Positions 1 to 13,274 of a DNA stretch of 64,000 nucleotides are shown piece after piece. Under the pieces are notes generated by a model, which was not told the origin of the DNA, did not search any database, and saw only the letters and a program-made list of their open reading frames with translations. The DNA is from Chiloscyllium plagiosum. Lineage: Eukaryota. Position numbers and translations under genes: made by a program. The stretch lies in contig NC_057750.1 of the NCBI RefSeq assembly GCF_004010195.1, forward strand, positions 11,631,144 to 11,695,143. Direction: 5' to 3'. Every line of letters begins with the position of its first letter. Within the stretch, counting starts at the first letter, position 1.

Positions 1-654
1 AAAAGAGTGCTTTGGAGTTAGATGAAAAGAGGGAGTTAGGAGAGACAGGGACTAAGTCAAGCTGAAAGATTGAGTGTGTTGGTCAGTCTCGGCCCAGACA
101 GTTCAAGAAAGTGACACAGTCCGAACAGAAATATCCAATTTGTAAATGATACCTGCAGAATATTTTCTTAGAGCTTTAAAGCATAATGTATTGGCTTAAA
201 TAAAGGTAGGGACTGTTTGCAACAAAGGAAATTCCCTAGCTTGATTAAATTCTCTTTTTAAAGGAAGTAACTAGCTTAATCTAGAGAGATGTCATGACAG
301 GAGACCTCAAACCCCTGGTGTGCTCCTCCTGCACAATGTGAGATATAAGGGGTGTTTCCTGTGTTCCTGACAACTACATGTGCAAACAGTATATCCGGCT
401 GCAGCTACTAGTTAATTTTTGCCAAACTGAAACTGTGGGTGGACTCACTGGAGCATCCATAATGTTGTGAATAACACATTTAGTGGTGGTAGTCATTTCT
501 GCAGGTGAGGATTACACAGGTAGAAAGGGAATGGATGACCATCAAACAAAGGAAGATGCTCAGGAAGGACGTGCAGGAGTCCCCTATGACTATCCACACC
601 TCAAACAGATAAATTGTTCAGGGTGATGGCCTCTCAGGAAAGCAGTATCAGTCA

Positions 655-1140
655 GGTTATGGTCATAGTCAGACAGCATGGAATCAAACCGTTCAGTCCA
701 TGTCGACCATAATCCCAAACTAAACCAGTGCCATCTGCCTGTGCTTAGCCCATATCCCTCCAAACGTGTCTTATTCATATTCTTAACCAAATGTCTTTTA
801 AATGTTGGAACTGTACCTGCATCTGCCACTTTCTCTGAAAGTTCATTTGACACACAAACCACTCTGTTTTTTAAAAAAAGTTGCCTCTCATGTCTTTTTT
901 TAAATCTTTCCTCCTCTCACCTTAGAAAAATGTCCCCAATCTTGAAAGCCTCCACCCTAAGGAAAAGACATCTGCCATTCACTTTCTCTATCCCTCATGA
1001 CTTTATAAATATCTGTAAATTAACCTCTCAACCTCCTGTGCTCCAGCGAAAAAGTTCCCAGCCTATGCAGCCTTTCCTTATAACTCGAACCTTCCATACC
1101 CGGCAACATCCTGGTAGATCTTCTCTGAACCCTCCCCACA
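655..1140 (-). mobile_element. CR1/HER1 3'-end fragment
   Basis: Minus-strand translation RMLPGMEGSSYKERLHRLGTFSLEHRRLRG and DAGTVPTFKRHL, typical of the CR1 ORF2 C-terminus, followed by a 3' UTR. Confidence 0.8.
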
Positions 1141-1319
1141 AGTGATAGTACTGTACAGCGGGAGAGGAAAATGAGCAGCAGTGCTTCCATGATAGGGGAT
1201 TCAGTAGTAAGGGTACAACAGACACTTTGTGGCCTCAGATGTGTTAGAGGAGTTGAAATCCTTGAAAATAGATAAGTTGCCAGGACCAATGGATTGTTCC
1301 CTTAGATGGTGGAGGTCAG

Positions 1320-3300
1320 GGAGGTGATGGCCTAGTGATAGAATATTACAGCGCAGTATAGGCCCTTCGGCCCTTGATGTTGCGCCTCCCTGTCATACTT
1401 ATCTGAAGCCCATCCCACCTACACTATTCCATGTACGTCCATTTGCCTGTCCAATGACGACTTAAATGCACTTAAACTTGGCTAATCTACTACTGATGCA
1501 GGCAAAGCATTCCATACCCTTACGACTCTGAGTAAAGAAACTACCTCCGACATCTGTCTTATACCTATCTCCCGTCACTTTAAAGTTGTGTCCCCTCGTG
1601 TTTGCTGTCCCCATACTTGGTAAAAGGCTCTCCCTGTCCACCCTATCTAACCCTCTGATTATCTTGTATGTCTCTATTAAGTCATCTCTCAACCTTCTCT
1701 CTAACGAGAACAGCCTCAAGGCCCTTTGCCTTTCCTCGTAAGACATTCCTTCCATACCAGGCAATATCCTAGTAAATCTCTCTGCACCCTTTCCAAAGCT
1801 TCCACATCCTTCTTATAATGCGGTGACCAGAACTGTACACAATACCCCAAGTGTGGCCTTACCAGAGCTTTGTACAGCTGCAGCATAACCACCTGGTTCC
1901 GGAACTCAATCCCTCTATTAATAAAGGCCAAAACAATGTATGCCTTCTTAACAACCCTGTCAATCTGGGTGGCAACTTTCAGGGATCTGTATACATGGAC
2001 ACCGAGATCTCTGCTCATCTGCACTCTCAAGAATCCTACCATTAGCCCAGTACTTTGCATTTTGATTACTTTGGCCAAAGTGTATCACCTTTGCATTTTG
2101 ATTACTTTGGCCAAAGTGTATCACCTCACACTTGTCCACATTAAACTCCATTTGCCACCTCTCAGCCCAGCTCTGCATCCTATGTCTCTCTGCAATCTAC
2201 TACATCCTTCGTCACTATCCACAACTCCACTGACCTTCGTGTCGTCCACAAATTTACTAACCCACCCTTCTAAGCCCTCATCCAGCTCATTTATAAAAAT
2301 GACTAACAGCAGTGGACCCAAAACCGACCCTTGCGGTACGCCGCTAGTAACTGCACACTAAGATGAACATGTTCCATCAACTACAACCCTCTGTTTTCTT
2401 TCAGCAAGCCAATTACTGATCCAAACTGCTATGTCTCCCACAATCCCATTCCTCCGCATTTTGTATAATAGCCTACTGTGGAGAACCTTATCGAACGCCT
2501 TGCTGAAATCCATATACACCACATCAACCGGTTTACTCTCATCTACATGTTTGGTCACTTTGTCAACAAACTCAATAAGATTCATTCGGCACGACCTATC
2601 CTTCACAAAACTGTTCTGACTGTCCCTGATCAGATTATTCTTTTGTAGATGGTTATAAATACTATCTCTTATAACCTTTTCCAACAGTTTACCAACAACT
2701 GAAGGGAGACTCACTGGTCTGTAATTACCAGGGTTGTCTCCACTACCCTTTTTGAACAAGGGAACCACATTTGCTATCCTCCAGTCTTCAGGCACTATTT
2801 CTGTAGCCAATGATGATTTGAAAATCAATGCCAAAGGCTCGGCAATCTCTTCCCTGCTTCCCAGAGGATCCTAGGATAGATTCCATCCGCCCAGGGGACT
2901 TGTCTATTTTCACACTCTGCAGTATTTCTAATACCTCTTCCTTATGAATCTCTATCTCTTCTAGTCTAGATGCAAGTATCTCTGTACCTTCCTCGCCAAC
3001 ATTTTCTTATCACTAATCTATTAATCCAGTAACCCAAGGGACCTGGATTTGAATTTCACCATGGCAGTTAGTGGATAAGCTGGAAATAAGAGTATAAAGA
3101 TGACTATGAAACTGTTGTTGATTGTTAGGAAAAGTCGAACATCTTCACTAATGTTCTTTAGGGAAGAAAGTCTTAACCAGTCTGGTCTATATGTGACTTC
3201 TGACCTACTGACTCTTAACTGCCCCCTGGGCAATTCAAGATGGGCAATAAATGCTAGCCCAGCCAATGATGCCCACATCCTGTGAATGAATTTAAAACAA
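1320..3300 (+). mobile_element. tRNA-derived SINE (family B, CR1-type tail), split by the 1339-3006 CR1
   Basis: A-box-like head GGTGATGGCCTAGTG at ~1323; body resumes at ~3007 with B-box-like GATTTGAATTTC and tail GGGCAAT..GATGGGCAATAAATGCTAGCCCAGCCAATGATGCCCACATCC. Related pieces at ~8105-8325, 17460-17740, 38080-38330 (-), 50256-50900, 54275-55075, 55490-55670. Confidence 0.65.
1339..3006 (-). mobile_element. 5'-truncated CR1 LINE (RT domain to 3' tail)
   Basis: ORFs with [60 protein letters not shown]; frameshifted; internal 36-bp tandem duplication 2053-2124. Confidence 0.93.
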
Positions 3301-4689
3301 AAAAGTAGATGCTCTGAGAATTATTCTCCAATCTTCACTAGAGATAGGTAAGGTGCCAGAGGACTGGAAGAATGCAAGTGTGGTTCGGTTGTTTAAAAAG
3401 ATAACCATTAATGCCGGTTAGTCTTAACTTGATGGTGGGCAAGTTGTTAGAATCCATCCTGACAGACTGGATAAACTGTCACTGAGAAATGCATAGGCTA
3501 ATCAGGGATAGTCACCATGGGTTTGTAAAGGTAAGGACCTTTGAGGGAGTGACAAGAGGAATCAATGAGGGTTGTGCAGTGGATGTTGTCTACATGAACA
3601 TTTGACCAGGTCACACATGGCAGACTGGTCAAAAAAGTAAAAGCCTGTAGGATGTAGGGTAATGTGTTGAATTTGATCCAAAGTTGGCCTAGTAACAGGA
3701 AACAAAGGGTAATAGTCGGTGCCTGCCCTTGCAAACGGAAAGCTGTGGAGTTCTGCAGGGTTTGGTGTTGGAACCCCTGCTGTTTGTTTTATGCTTTAAC
3801 AATTTAGACTTGAATGTGGAGGGCACAATTGGGAAATTTGCAGGTAACACAAAAAATAGCAGTGTAGTGAATTGCAGAGGATAGTTGTGAGCTCCAAAAT
3901 AATATACATGTCGATGGGTGGTGGAGTGGGGAGGAAATCGGCAGATGGAGTTCCACTCTGATTAGTGTGAGGTAATGCATTTGAGGAGGTGAAACAGTAA
4001 AAGGGAATACACAATAAATGGATATGTACTGAGAGGAGTAGATAAAGTGAGAGATCTTAATTTGCAAGTGCACAAAAGGTCACAGTACAGGTAGGTAAGA
4101 TTGTAAAGAAGGCATATGGAATGGTCTTCATTGGCAGAGGTATAGAATATAAAAGGGATATAATGACGAACCTGTATAAGATACTTATCAGATCACAACT
4201 GGAGTATTGTGTGTAGTTCTGGTTGCCACAGTACAGTAAGGATGTAATTGCTGTGGAAAGAGTGCAAAGATGACTTACTGAATGTTGCCAGGGCTGGGAA
4301 ATTGCATGTAAGAGAGACTGGAGGCTTGTTTTCCTTCGAGCAGAGAAGGCTGAGTTTTGACATGATTAATGTGTACAAAATTGTGAGGGGTAGAGATACA
4401 CAAGATGAACCTGTTTGATTTGGAAGATAATTAAAAAATCAGGGGTCATACATTCAAGCTAAGTGGCAGGATTAGAGGGGATGTGAGGAAAAAGTACCCA
4501 GGTCTGCATCTTAAATGCTGTAAGCTGCAGGGCTATAGGCCATGTAAAAGGAAGACAGGATTAGAAAAGGCATCTGGACATCTTTGGGTTGGCAAATGGC
4601 CTCTTTCTGTGCTGTGGCATTTCTGTGCTTCTAAGAAACATCATCCTGACCAAATTGTCCCCTCCCAAGTCAATAGCCCGCTATTAAGT

Positions 4690-5235
4690 TGCTGATCACT
4701 TAAAACTATGTTGAGCAGGATATGTCACTTGTATAATACCTGACTCCTGAGGCAACTTGGATCTCTGTCCTGGCAGTATACTAGCAGAAAGAAAACTTAA
4801 AGGATATCCTTGAAACATTCCATGAAGATGTCAAACAAGCTCACTGACTCATGGGAAACCCTGGCTTGTGATTGGCTAAAAATGAAGATTCTTTTGGGAA
4901 AGCAATGAAAGCATCAAGAAACTTTGTTGGAGACATACAGAAGTAAAGTTGAGGCAAAAATAGGAATGCTGGAGAAACTCAACAGGTCTGGCACCATCTG
5001 TGCAGAGAAAGCAGAGTTAAAGTTTGGAGTCTAGTGACCTTTTTTCAGATTGGAAAGCTGAGGTGCTGAAGAAGGTGCACAAAATTTCAAGAGAACGCCT
5101 TTGCCGAATGCTCCAAACATGACCTACCCCGATATGGCAGAGTCTGTAAATCACGCATTGGAATTATCAGTCATTAAATCCCATTGAACTGGAGCGATCC
5201 TCAATCCTGACGGACTGCCGATGACAAAGGATGGA
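4690..5235 (+). mobile_element. RTE-clade LINE 3' fragment
   Basis: Remnants resembling the RTE C-terminus (KDILK/HSMKM...TDSWETLACD; GRVCKSRIGIISH); interrupted at ~4955-5052 by a Penelope-derived piece. Confidence 0.6.
4955..5052 (-). mobile_element. Penelope-derived terminal fragment
   Basis: Reverse-complement similarity to 29330-29420 (AATGCTGGAGAAACTCAACAGGTCTGGCACCATCTG). Confidence 0.55.
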
Positions 5236-5239
5236 ATGT

Positions 5240-5556
5240 GGGCAGCACGGTGGCACAGTGGTTAGCACTGCTGCCTCACAGCGCCAGAGACCTGGGTTCA
5301 ATTGCCGCCTCAGGCGACTGACTGTGTGGAGTTTGCACGTTCTCCCCGTGTCTGCGTGGGTTTCCTCCGGGTGCTCCGGTTTCCTCCCACAGTCCAAAGA
5401 TGTGCAGGTCAGGTGAATTGGCCATGCTAAATTGCCCGTAGTGTTAAGTAAGAGGTAAATGTAGGGGTATGGGTGGGTTGCGCTTCGGCGGGGCGGTGTG
5501 GACCTGTTGGGCCGAAGGGCCTGTTTCCACACTGTATATAATCTAATCTAATCTAA
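5240..5556 (+). mobile_element. HE1-type V-SINE, full length and well preserved
   Basis: tRNA-like head (TGGCACAGTGG A-box, GGTTCAATT B-box); V-domain CTGTGTGGAGTTTGCACGTTCTCCCCGTGTCTGCGTGGGTTTCCTCCGGGTGCTCCGGTTTCCTCCCACAGTCCAAAGA; HER1-like tail GGGCCGAAGGGCCTGTTTCC and (ATCTA)n end. Confidence 0.92.
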
Positions 5557-7789
5557 TGTATTTCCTACCCCACTTTGCCTGTGCAATCTAAAATCCTCTC
5601 TTGAACTAAAGATTCTGCAACTTATTTGTCAATCTCTTTGACCTTGGAAATGTTAGTAGTTCCCTGTTGCACAGCAATGGGTTGTATTTACTTTTCAACT
5701 GTCCAATGATACTATTCAGGCATTTGAGACTTTAGCTTGATAATTTATGGTGTGTTGGGAGGAGGGGCAGGTGAGGGAAACTAATTTTATTTGTTCTGGA
5801 ATTGATACTTTAGTATTTCATGAGAATTTACTTATCATTTGCATTTTTATAGGACTTTGCACACCCTTGTACATAAATAGAAAAGAGTTAGTGGAGTATA
5901 TGCCAAATGCAAGAAAATGGGACTAATTCAGTTTAGGAAATCTGGCTGGTGTGAATGAGTTGGGCCGAACAGCCGTGGCATAGGATGTTTCAAAGCCAAT
6001 TAAATACTTTTACCGTGTAGCCAATGTAGAAAACATACATATCCTACAAAGTGTCAAAATTAATGGCCAGTTGTTTTTTAGTCTGATGACACACATAGGA
6101 AATGACTGTGTGTCTGTGTATGTACAATATAGATGTATAGGCTTGAATACTAGAGTGAATTCTCCTTGCTCTTCTTATACTACAGTAGAATGATTACCTG
6201 AGAGGGCAAACTGGTTTCCATCCAAAGGCCAGTCACAAATCTGATGTGATGGTTTTATTCAATGTGGTGTCCCTCTTAAAAATGCAAAGCAACTATGCCA
6301 GAGTAATGCTACTAATCTATACACATTCATTCCTGCTCTCTGACAATTTACCTGTTCAACTAATCAAAATCAGTGGCTTGATGGGCCTTTCTGAAACCTG
6401 AAGTTCAGTCTAATCTGAAAGGTAATGCACGTGAAAGGATTACATTCAACCCTGAAATTAAGAACCAGATCTCAAGATTGTTCAGGTAAATGTGAAAAGA
6501 AGGGTGTCATTCATTCCTCAAACAAAGCAACAAGCAACAGATAATCTGATCATTTACATTATTTGCCATTTGTGAGATCTTGACCCATGCTGATTTTGCC
6601 CGTTGGTGATGTAGTGGACAATGAAGCATGTTATCTCTGGGTAAAATGGAACCTTGATCAGATGGACCAGTGGGCTGAGGAGTGGCAGATGGAGTTTAAT
6701 TTAGATAAATGTGAGGTGTGGTATTTTGGATGGGTACATGGGCCAAATTCTGGCAAATGGGACTAGATCGGTTTAGGATATCTAATTGGCACGGACGAGT
6801 TGGACTAAAGGATCTGTTTTTGTGCTATACAATTTTATGGCGCTATCAAGCAGTGGCACTTTGGGTTGCCCTGAGGATGCAAGGTGCTAAATAAATATAA
6901 GTTTTCTATGAACCCTCTACCCCTATCAGCATTCTTTTTATTTTGTCTGAGCACATATATTTCAGTAGCTGTGCTTGCCCAGAGTGGTAACTTTTTTTCC
7001 TAAAAGTATTTCGGAATCAGTGACTTTTTGCTATGAAATTCAATCCTATCATAATTCTTGTCTTTTAAAGTAATTGTGACAGATCAACCTTGCACTAACC
7101 TGCATTCATACATGGAGAATCATGCGGCACCCTTAAAAAAGCCACCTAGTTCCACCCTGCAAAGTATATACCCCCAATTATATATCTAATTACATTTGGA
7201 AAGTTCCTATTGAACCTAATTCTGTCACTCTTTCAAGCAGTGAATTGGAACTCATTGTAATTCTCTGTATTTTACCCTTAATGACTCATGTTGAAGTTAG
7301 GTCTGCTGCTGACCAAATCTCCTTCTAGAAATAACTTTTCTTTATTCACTCCATCAAAACCATAATTTTCATAACCTTGAACACCTCTTAAAATTCCCAT
7401 TAACCTTCTCTGCTCTATGGAGAAGCATCCTAACTTATTCAGACTCTCAATATAACTGAGGTAAATATTTTCTGCAAACGTTTGGATCTTCTCCTTCAAG
7501 TGTGAAGCCTAAATCGGGACTACAGTGGAGCCTAATCAGGAATTTGTTATATTGTATATTTGTCTCACTGAGCCAAGAAAATATTCCTTTGTAAGGTGTG
7601 CAATCTTGGCAGCCTTATGGCCCCTGGAACTATGGAACTTGAATATCTCCCCAAAGTTTCATTTCTTGGGAATGTTTGTTATCAACTAGAGGAGCAATTG
7701 GTTATTGTAAGAGTATGGTCCTTATGTGTGGATTCACCATAGAGGCTGTAATTTGATTTATTAATAAATTTAAAGAAACCTCAGTAATG

Positions 7790-8094
7790 ATTAAATTCCC
7801 TACAGTATGGAAACAGGCCATTCAGCCCAAAAAGTCCACACTGACCTCTGAAGACTAATCCACCAGACCCCTTTCCCTACTCTATGTTTGCCCCTGACTA
7901 GGGCACCTAACACTATGGGCAATTTAGCATAGCAAATTCAGCCAACCTGCACATCTTTGGATTGTGGGAGGAAACCCATGCAAACATGGAGAATGTGCAA
8001 ACTCCATACAGACAGTCGTCCAAGATGGGAATCGAACCCAGGTCCCTGCCACTGTGAGGCAGTAGTGCTAACTACTGATCCACCGTGCTGCCCA
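7790..8094 (-). mobile_element. HE1-type V-SINE
   Basis: Reverse complement of the 5240-5556 copy over nearly its full length. Confidence 0.88.
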
Positions 8095-9499
8095 TAATTT
8101 TTTTTAAATCCTAATGGTAACCATGAAACTATAATTGATTGTATTTAAAGCTCATCTAACTTAGTGGTATCCTTTAGGGAAGGAAACCTGCTGTCCTTAC
8201 CTGGTTAGGCCTACTTGTGACTCCAGACTCTCAACAATGTGGTTGACTTGTGAAATGGACCAACGAACCATTCAGCTCAAGGGCAAATAGGACTGGGCAA
8301 GATGCGCATATCCCATAAAAATAAAGAAGAAAGAAACTTTTGGTCATCTAGCCTAATTGTGGGTTAGTGTCAACATATACTCTGTAAAAGTCTTGGAAAA
8401 CATCTTGGGAAGTTTCATTTTATTAAAGATGCGAGTTATTGTTGCTAATGCATTATTGTTGTGATGACTGCTGATTGTTGATTACCCACCAGGTGGCACT
8501 GTTATGAAATTATCTTACCAATAGGTCACCTTGCAATTTGATCTGAAAATGTCCTTCTGTCCTCAGTTTAGGAATGTTTTACCAGTAAGATCATCAATTT
8601 TTCATGTACTTTCACAGATATTCTCTTTTACTTCCTCAAGAGTTGTGCTTTTAGTGTTTGCCTTGGTCCTGTAGCACACTCATCCTTTTATCATTTCAAG
8701 CCCTAAGCCAAAGACTTGAACACCTAGGCCAACACACCAATGCTTTTCTGAGGAAGTGGCGCACATTCTGGTGTGTCTTTTGTTTTGTTGAAAATCTTTA
8801 TGGGACTTTGTACGCACGTTGGTATCTGTGTTTCACAACCATAATTCAAAATTACCTCGTTAGCTGTAGCACTTTGCGATGTCCTGAATTTTGAAAGGCA
8901 CAATATAAATGCAAGTTTTTCATTAATGGAAATCCCAGATCTAGGATTGAACTGGGACTATTAAAACAGAAGGCAAGACATCCATTAACACACCTCTGGA
9001 GAAGGTTCGCTAGACTGGTTTTTACATTTCTCAGCAGACTTCAAATTCTGCCTTGACTGTAGGAAACCAGTCAGTGTTGCAAGCAGTCACATACTTCTTT
9101 TTCATGTTCCTGTGCAATTGCCTAAAGTCATGGTGAAATGTGGCTAGAACCACCCTCAAATGGCAATGGACAAGAATAATATGAAGCTGTGTCTAATTGG
9201 TTTACGCTCCTAAAGGGAACTGTTTTCTTCTGAGAAACCAACACATGTTAGATAACAAGCAGATCAAATATGTTGTTTGTGGGACCTGAACACCTGAGTA
9301 AGGATGTGCGAGTTCCTGAGAGGATGCAGAGGAGATTTATCAGAATGATTCCAGGAATGGGGAATTTTAGCTATTCTTTAGGTCCCAGACATTAGAATTG
9401 TTCTCCTTGAAGTGGAGATTTGATCGAAATGTATAAAATTTTAACAAGTTTATATATATTAAACAAAGGAGAGCTGTTTCCCATTAACTCCTGGTGAAA

Positions 9500-10112
9500 G
9501 GGGCAGCACAGTGTCTCAGTGGTTAGCCCAGTTGCCTCAGAGAGCCAGGGACCCAGGTTCAATTCCACCCTTGGACAACTGTCTGTGTGGAGTTTGCACA
9601 TTTAATTAGATTCCCTACAGTATGGAAACAGGCCTTTTGGCCCAACAAGTCCACAACGACCCTCCGAAGAGTAACCCACCCAGACCCATTCCCCTACATT
9701 TACCTGGCTCATGTACCTAACATTATGGGCAATTTAGCATGGAAAATTCACCTGGCATGCACATCTTTGGATTGTGGGAGGAAAACGGAGCACCCGGAAG
9801 AAACCCACGCAGACAGTCGCCCAAGGCTGAAATTGAATTCTGGTTCCGTGAGGCAGATATACTAACCATAAGCCACATTCTCCCCATGTCTGTGTGAATT
9901 TCCACAGGCTGCTCCAGTTTCCTCTCAAAGATGTGCAGGTTAGGATGGCCATGCTCAGTTGCCCATAGTGTCCAGGGGTGTGCAGGCTAGATGGTTTGGC
10001 ATGGGAAATGCGGGGTTACTGGGATGGGGTGGGTCTGGGTCGGATGCTCTGCAGAAGATCATTGTGGATTTGATGGGCCAAATGGCCCACTTCTGTGCTG
10101 TAGGGATTCTAT
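9500..10112. mobile_element. HE1 V-SINE (+) containing a second HE1 (-, ~9603-9873), within an old CR1 remnant (~9290-10390)
   Basis: The + copy breaks at GAGTTTGCACATT and resumes at CACATTCTCCCCATG; CACATT is duplicated at 9597-9602 and 9874-9879. Confidence 0.85.
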
Positions 10113-12595
10113 TGAGTAGGGGGCACAGCTTTAAGGCTTTGTGCAAGAGCTGCAGGAGGACTATGAAGGAGAACCTTTTTTTATACAGTGAATGTAAGTA
10201 AGTAGAATTCATTGCTTTAGAAAAGAGGTTGAAGCAGAGACAATAACTTTGAAAGGAGATTGAATGGGCAGTTGAGGGAATTAAACTTGCAAAGCAATAG
10301 GATTAGAATCAAGGAAATGGACCTGACTAGATAGCTCCAGTGAGAGCAAGCAGAGATTCAATGTGCCAATTGTCACCTTCTGTGTCATATTGGCTTGTGT
10401 TGCCAGCTGAATCTGTAAGGCCCTTTGTTCAGACCTTGCTTGTGAAAAATTGATCTAAGTTCCAAGGACAAGTGCAGATTAATTATTCTTCATTGGGGGA
10501 AGTGTGCAGATGTCCAGGTGTTTATAATTCCACTTCAAACTGCTATCTTCCTTAGTGGCAGAAATTAACCAGTAATTGACATCAGTGACAATCTTTGATA
10601 TTATCATGATAGTGGTTAAAAATTAACTATCAAGTTTCAACTTCTGATTGTTATTAGCTGGGATCTGGGATTCCTTATCTCTGAGCCAGATGGCCCTGGT
10701 TCAAGTCTCATCTGCTATAGAGGTGTGTCATAAAATCCCTGAAAAGGTTGATTAGAAATAAGAAAAAACTGAGATCTTTCAGAAACTGAAATGGTCTTAA
10801 AAAGAGACAATCACTGACTTGAGAAAGCCGCAGAGATCACATGACCACAGGTTGATCCACTTGATGAATCCATTAATAAAAAAGACCCAGTTTGAACTGA
10901 TAACAAAATGTCATCATAATGACTGGAACCAGTCAGGCAACACCATATCTTCAGTTTGAAACGTGATACTTCTGTTTGTATGTGTATTTGATATCATGTT
11001 TTATTCATTTTCTCTGAGTTAGTGAATAATAAATCTCCTCCTCCTTTCGCTCAAAAGCCTTGTAATTGACACAACTTTTGACAAGTAATACATTTTAATT
11101 GAAGAGTGATATAGCTGCAATCTAAAAAGAATTAAAATTCACAATCCCTCTTTTCTACCCAGATCAGGCTAGAGGTTATTTACTTTTGGTGGAACATTTT
11201 TGTGATAAACTTTGGACCAGGTATTTTCCTAGTTGATACAGCCTGGACAAGTCCAAGAATATTTGCAGACAGCAGTGGGGGTGCTTGGTATTGAAACCAC
11301 ATCGCCTTTTTGTAAAGGCCAGATTAATGGTTTTAAACATCCTTACACTGATTTGACAGCTAGTCTGAGGGAAGGTAAGTAAGAAGGTAGGACAATAGCT
11401 GGATTAGAGGGTAGAATGTCACTTGGATGAGGGGTTAGGGTGGCACATGAGTAGGTAGCAGATGGGTGGGGTCCTAGATGCCAGATAGCTAAGTACAGAT
11501 GGCAAGTTGGTGAGTGGGTAGGATGCCAGATGGGGAGTAGAGTGCCAGGAGGGTGAGGGGGTATACCGACATGTAGGTAAGGGAGACAGGTGTCAGACAG
11601 GTAGGTTTCAGGTTGGTGAAAGGGTTGGAGTGGCAGATAACTGGATAAAGATTAAGGCTGGGTCTGGTATGTGGTGGAAGATATTGAGGGCTATCCATAC
11701 TGGCCTGGTCAGGTTTGGAAGGAGTGACAGATTGCACTGGGGAAGTGTTATGTCTGATGCGTGTTGGGTTGTGTAATGGGTGTGTTGCATGGGGGTAGGG
11801 GTGGGTGGAACCTTTCCAATGGGCATTGTGGGGCAGGAGGATTTGGGTTGGGGGGTTTGTGTTTTTCAGGGGGATTGGGTCGGGGAGGGAATAGTTTCTT
11901 GGGTCTGGAGGAGTTGGGGGTTGGAATGAAAGCAAGCTGGGAGTTTGGGTTGATAGAGTGTCAAAGCCAAGGGGGTACAAAGTGAGTCACAAATGGGCAG
12001 AAGCAAGGGTTGGGGTCCATTGAGTGGATGGCCACATTTCCATGGGGAATTGGGAGGTGGGGTTGAATTTTTGGTGACTTGGGAGCTTCAGTTTATAACT
12101 AGCCAGGAGTTTACTGGAGGTTTTAAATCCTTTAATCTTTCTCGATTGTAACTGAATTTGAACCCTCTAAAGTCTTGAACTCTAACTCAGATTTGGGGAT
12201 TTTCTTTTTGGAGGGTTGCAGAGAACAGGTAATTTATTTTCTGAAGTTTTAACTTTCTGAGCAGCTCCCATGAGGTCAGCTAAATCGGGATATCCATGTG
12301 GTCCAGTTGAGTTAAGTGTATCTGCTTCCAAGGGAGCTAACTGTGGGCATATATTGCCATCATTTAACTGTTAACAGTTGGTGTACTGGCAAACTACCCA
12401 GGTATATTTCCCTAACCCTCCCCCCTTATTTGGCATGGCTCAAATCATGGCCTCTAATCTAATTCTACATCAAATACCTGATGTCACAAAGCTTGACTCC
12501 ACCACAGCGGGCTGGGCCAACATTTGGCACTTTTGCATCCATGCCTTTCATTCTGATTCAGAATGGTCAAGATTTATTTAATTATATTGTCAATT

Positions 12596-12908
12596 AGAAT
12601 CATAGATACCCTACAGTGTGAAAGCAGGCCATTCAAATCAAGTCCACAGTGACCCTCCAAACAGCATCCCATCCAGACCCACTCCCCGATCCTGCAACCT
12701 CACATTTCCCATGGCTAATCCACCCTGCCTGCACATTCCTGGACAATTTAGCTTGGGCCAATCCACCTAACCATCTTTGGACTGTGGGAGGAAGCCCACA
12801 CAGACACGGGGAGAATGTGTAAACTCCACACAGACAGTCACCTGAAGCTGGAATCAAGCCTGGGTCCCTGGTGCTGTGAGGCAGCAGTGCTAGCCACTGT
12901 TGCCACCC
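12596..12908 (-). mobile_element. HE1-type V-SINE
   Basis: Reverse-complement V-domain and tRNA head. Confidence 0.88.
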
Positions 12909-13274
12909 TTGTACCTAGGTGGAGTGAAAAGTGGATATTGTCACCATGTTCCAGCACCATCTAGGATTACAGAATAAATTACTGAATAAATTGTAAAAAT
13001 GGTAAAATACTGAATATTAAATTGATATTATCAAAACTGAAACGGCTTCAAAAGTTTATCTTTCCCTCAGGGTAGAATTCACTCTTTCTGCTCCTCCAGT
13101 CACTGCCATCCCACATTGGCCCAGGGTCCTGGCAATGTGCTCCTTTTCTGCCACCACTGGCGTCATCCTCTGAGTTGGAAACGGTCATGTCGTGTGAGAC
13201 CCGCACCTCCTCCGGCAATGGGCATCACCTGATGGTGCCCTGGCTCATCTTTTCCCAACATTGACTGGGATTCA

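Larger units (their letters stand above)
280..4630 (+). mobile_element. Old decayed CR1 LINE split by later insertions (pieces ~280-650, ~1145-1320, ~3305-4630)
   Basis: ORF1-like Cys motif (VCSSCTM...NYMCK) and IGDSVVR esterase-like motif at ~1190-1212; ORF2 remnants LKIDKLPG (~1261) continuing at ~3305 (GKVPEDW, later YCV*FW); many stops and frameshifts. Confidence 0.7.

Noticed and set aside
5240..5312. tRNA gene
   Set aside because: tRNA-derived SINE head continuing into the V-domain; not a stand-alone tRNA.
11489..11985. 163-aa Pro/Thr-rich ORF
   Set aside because: Low-complexity translation of the G-rich tract; no domain or splice support.
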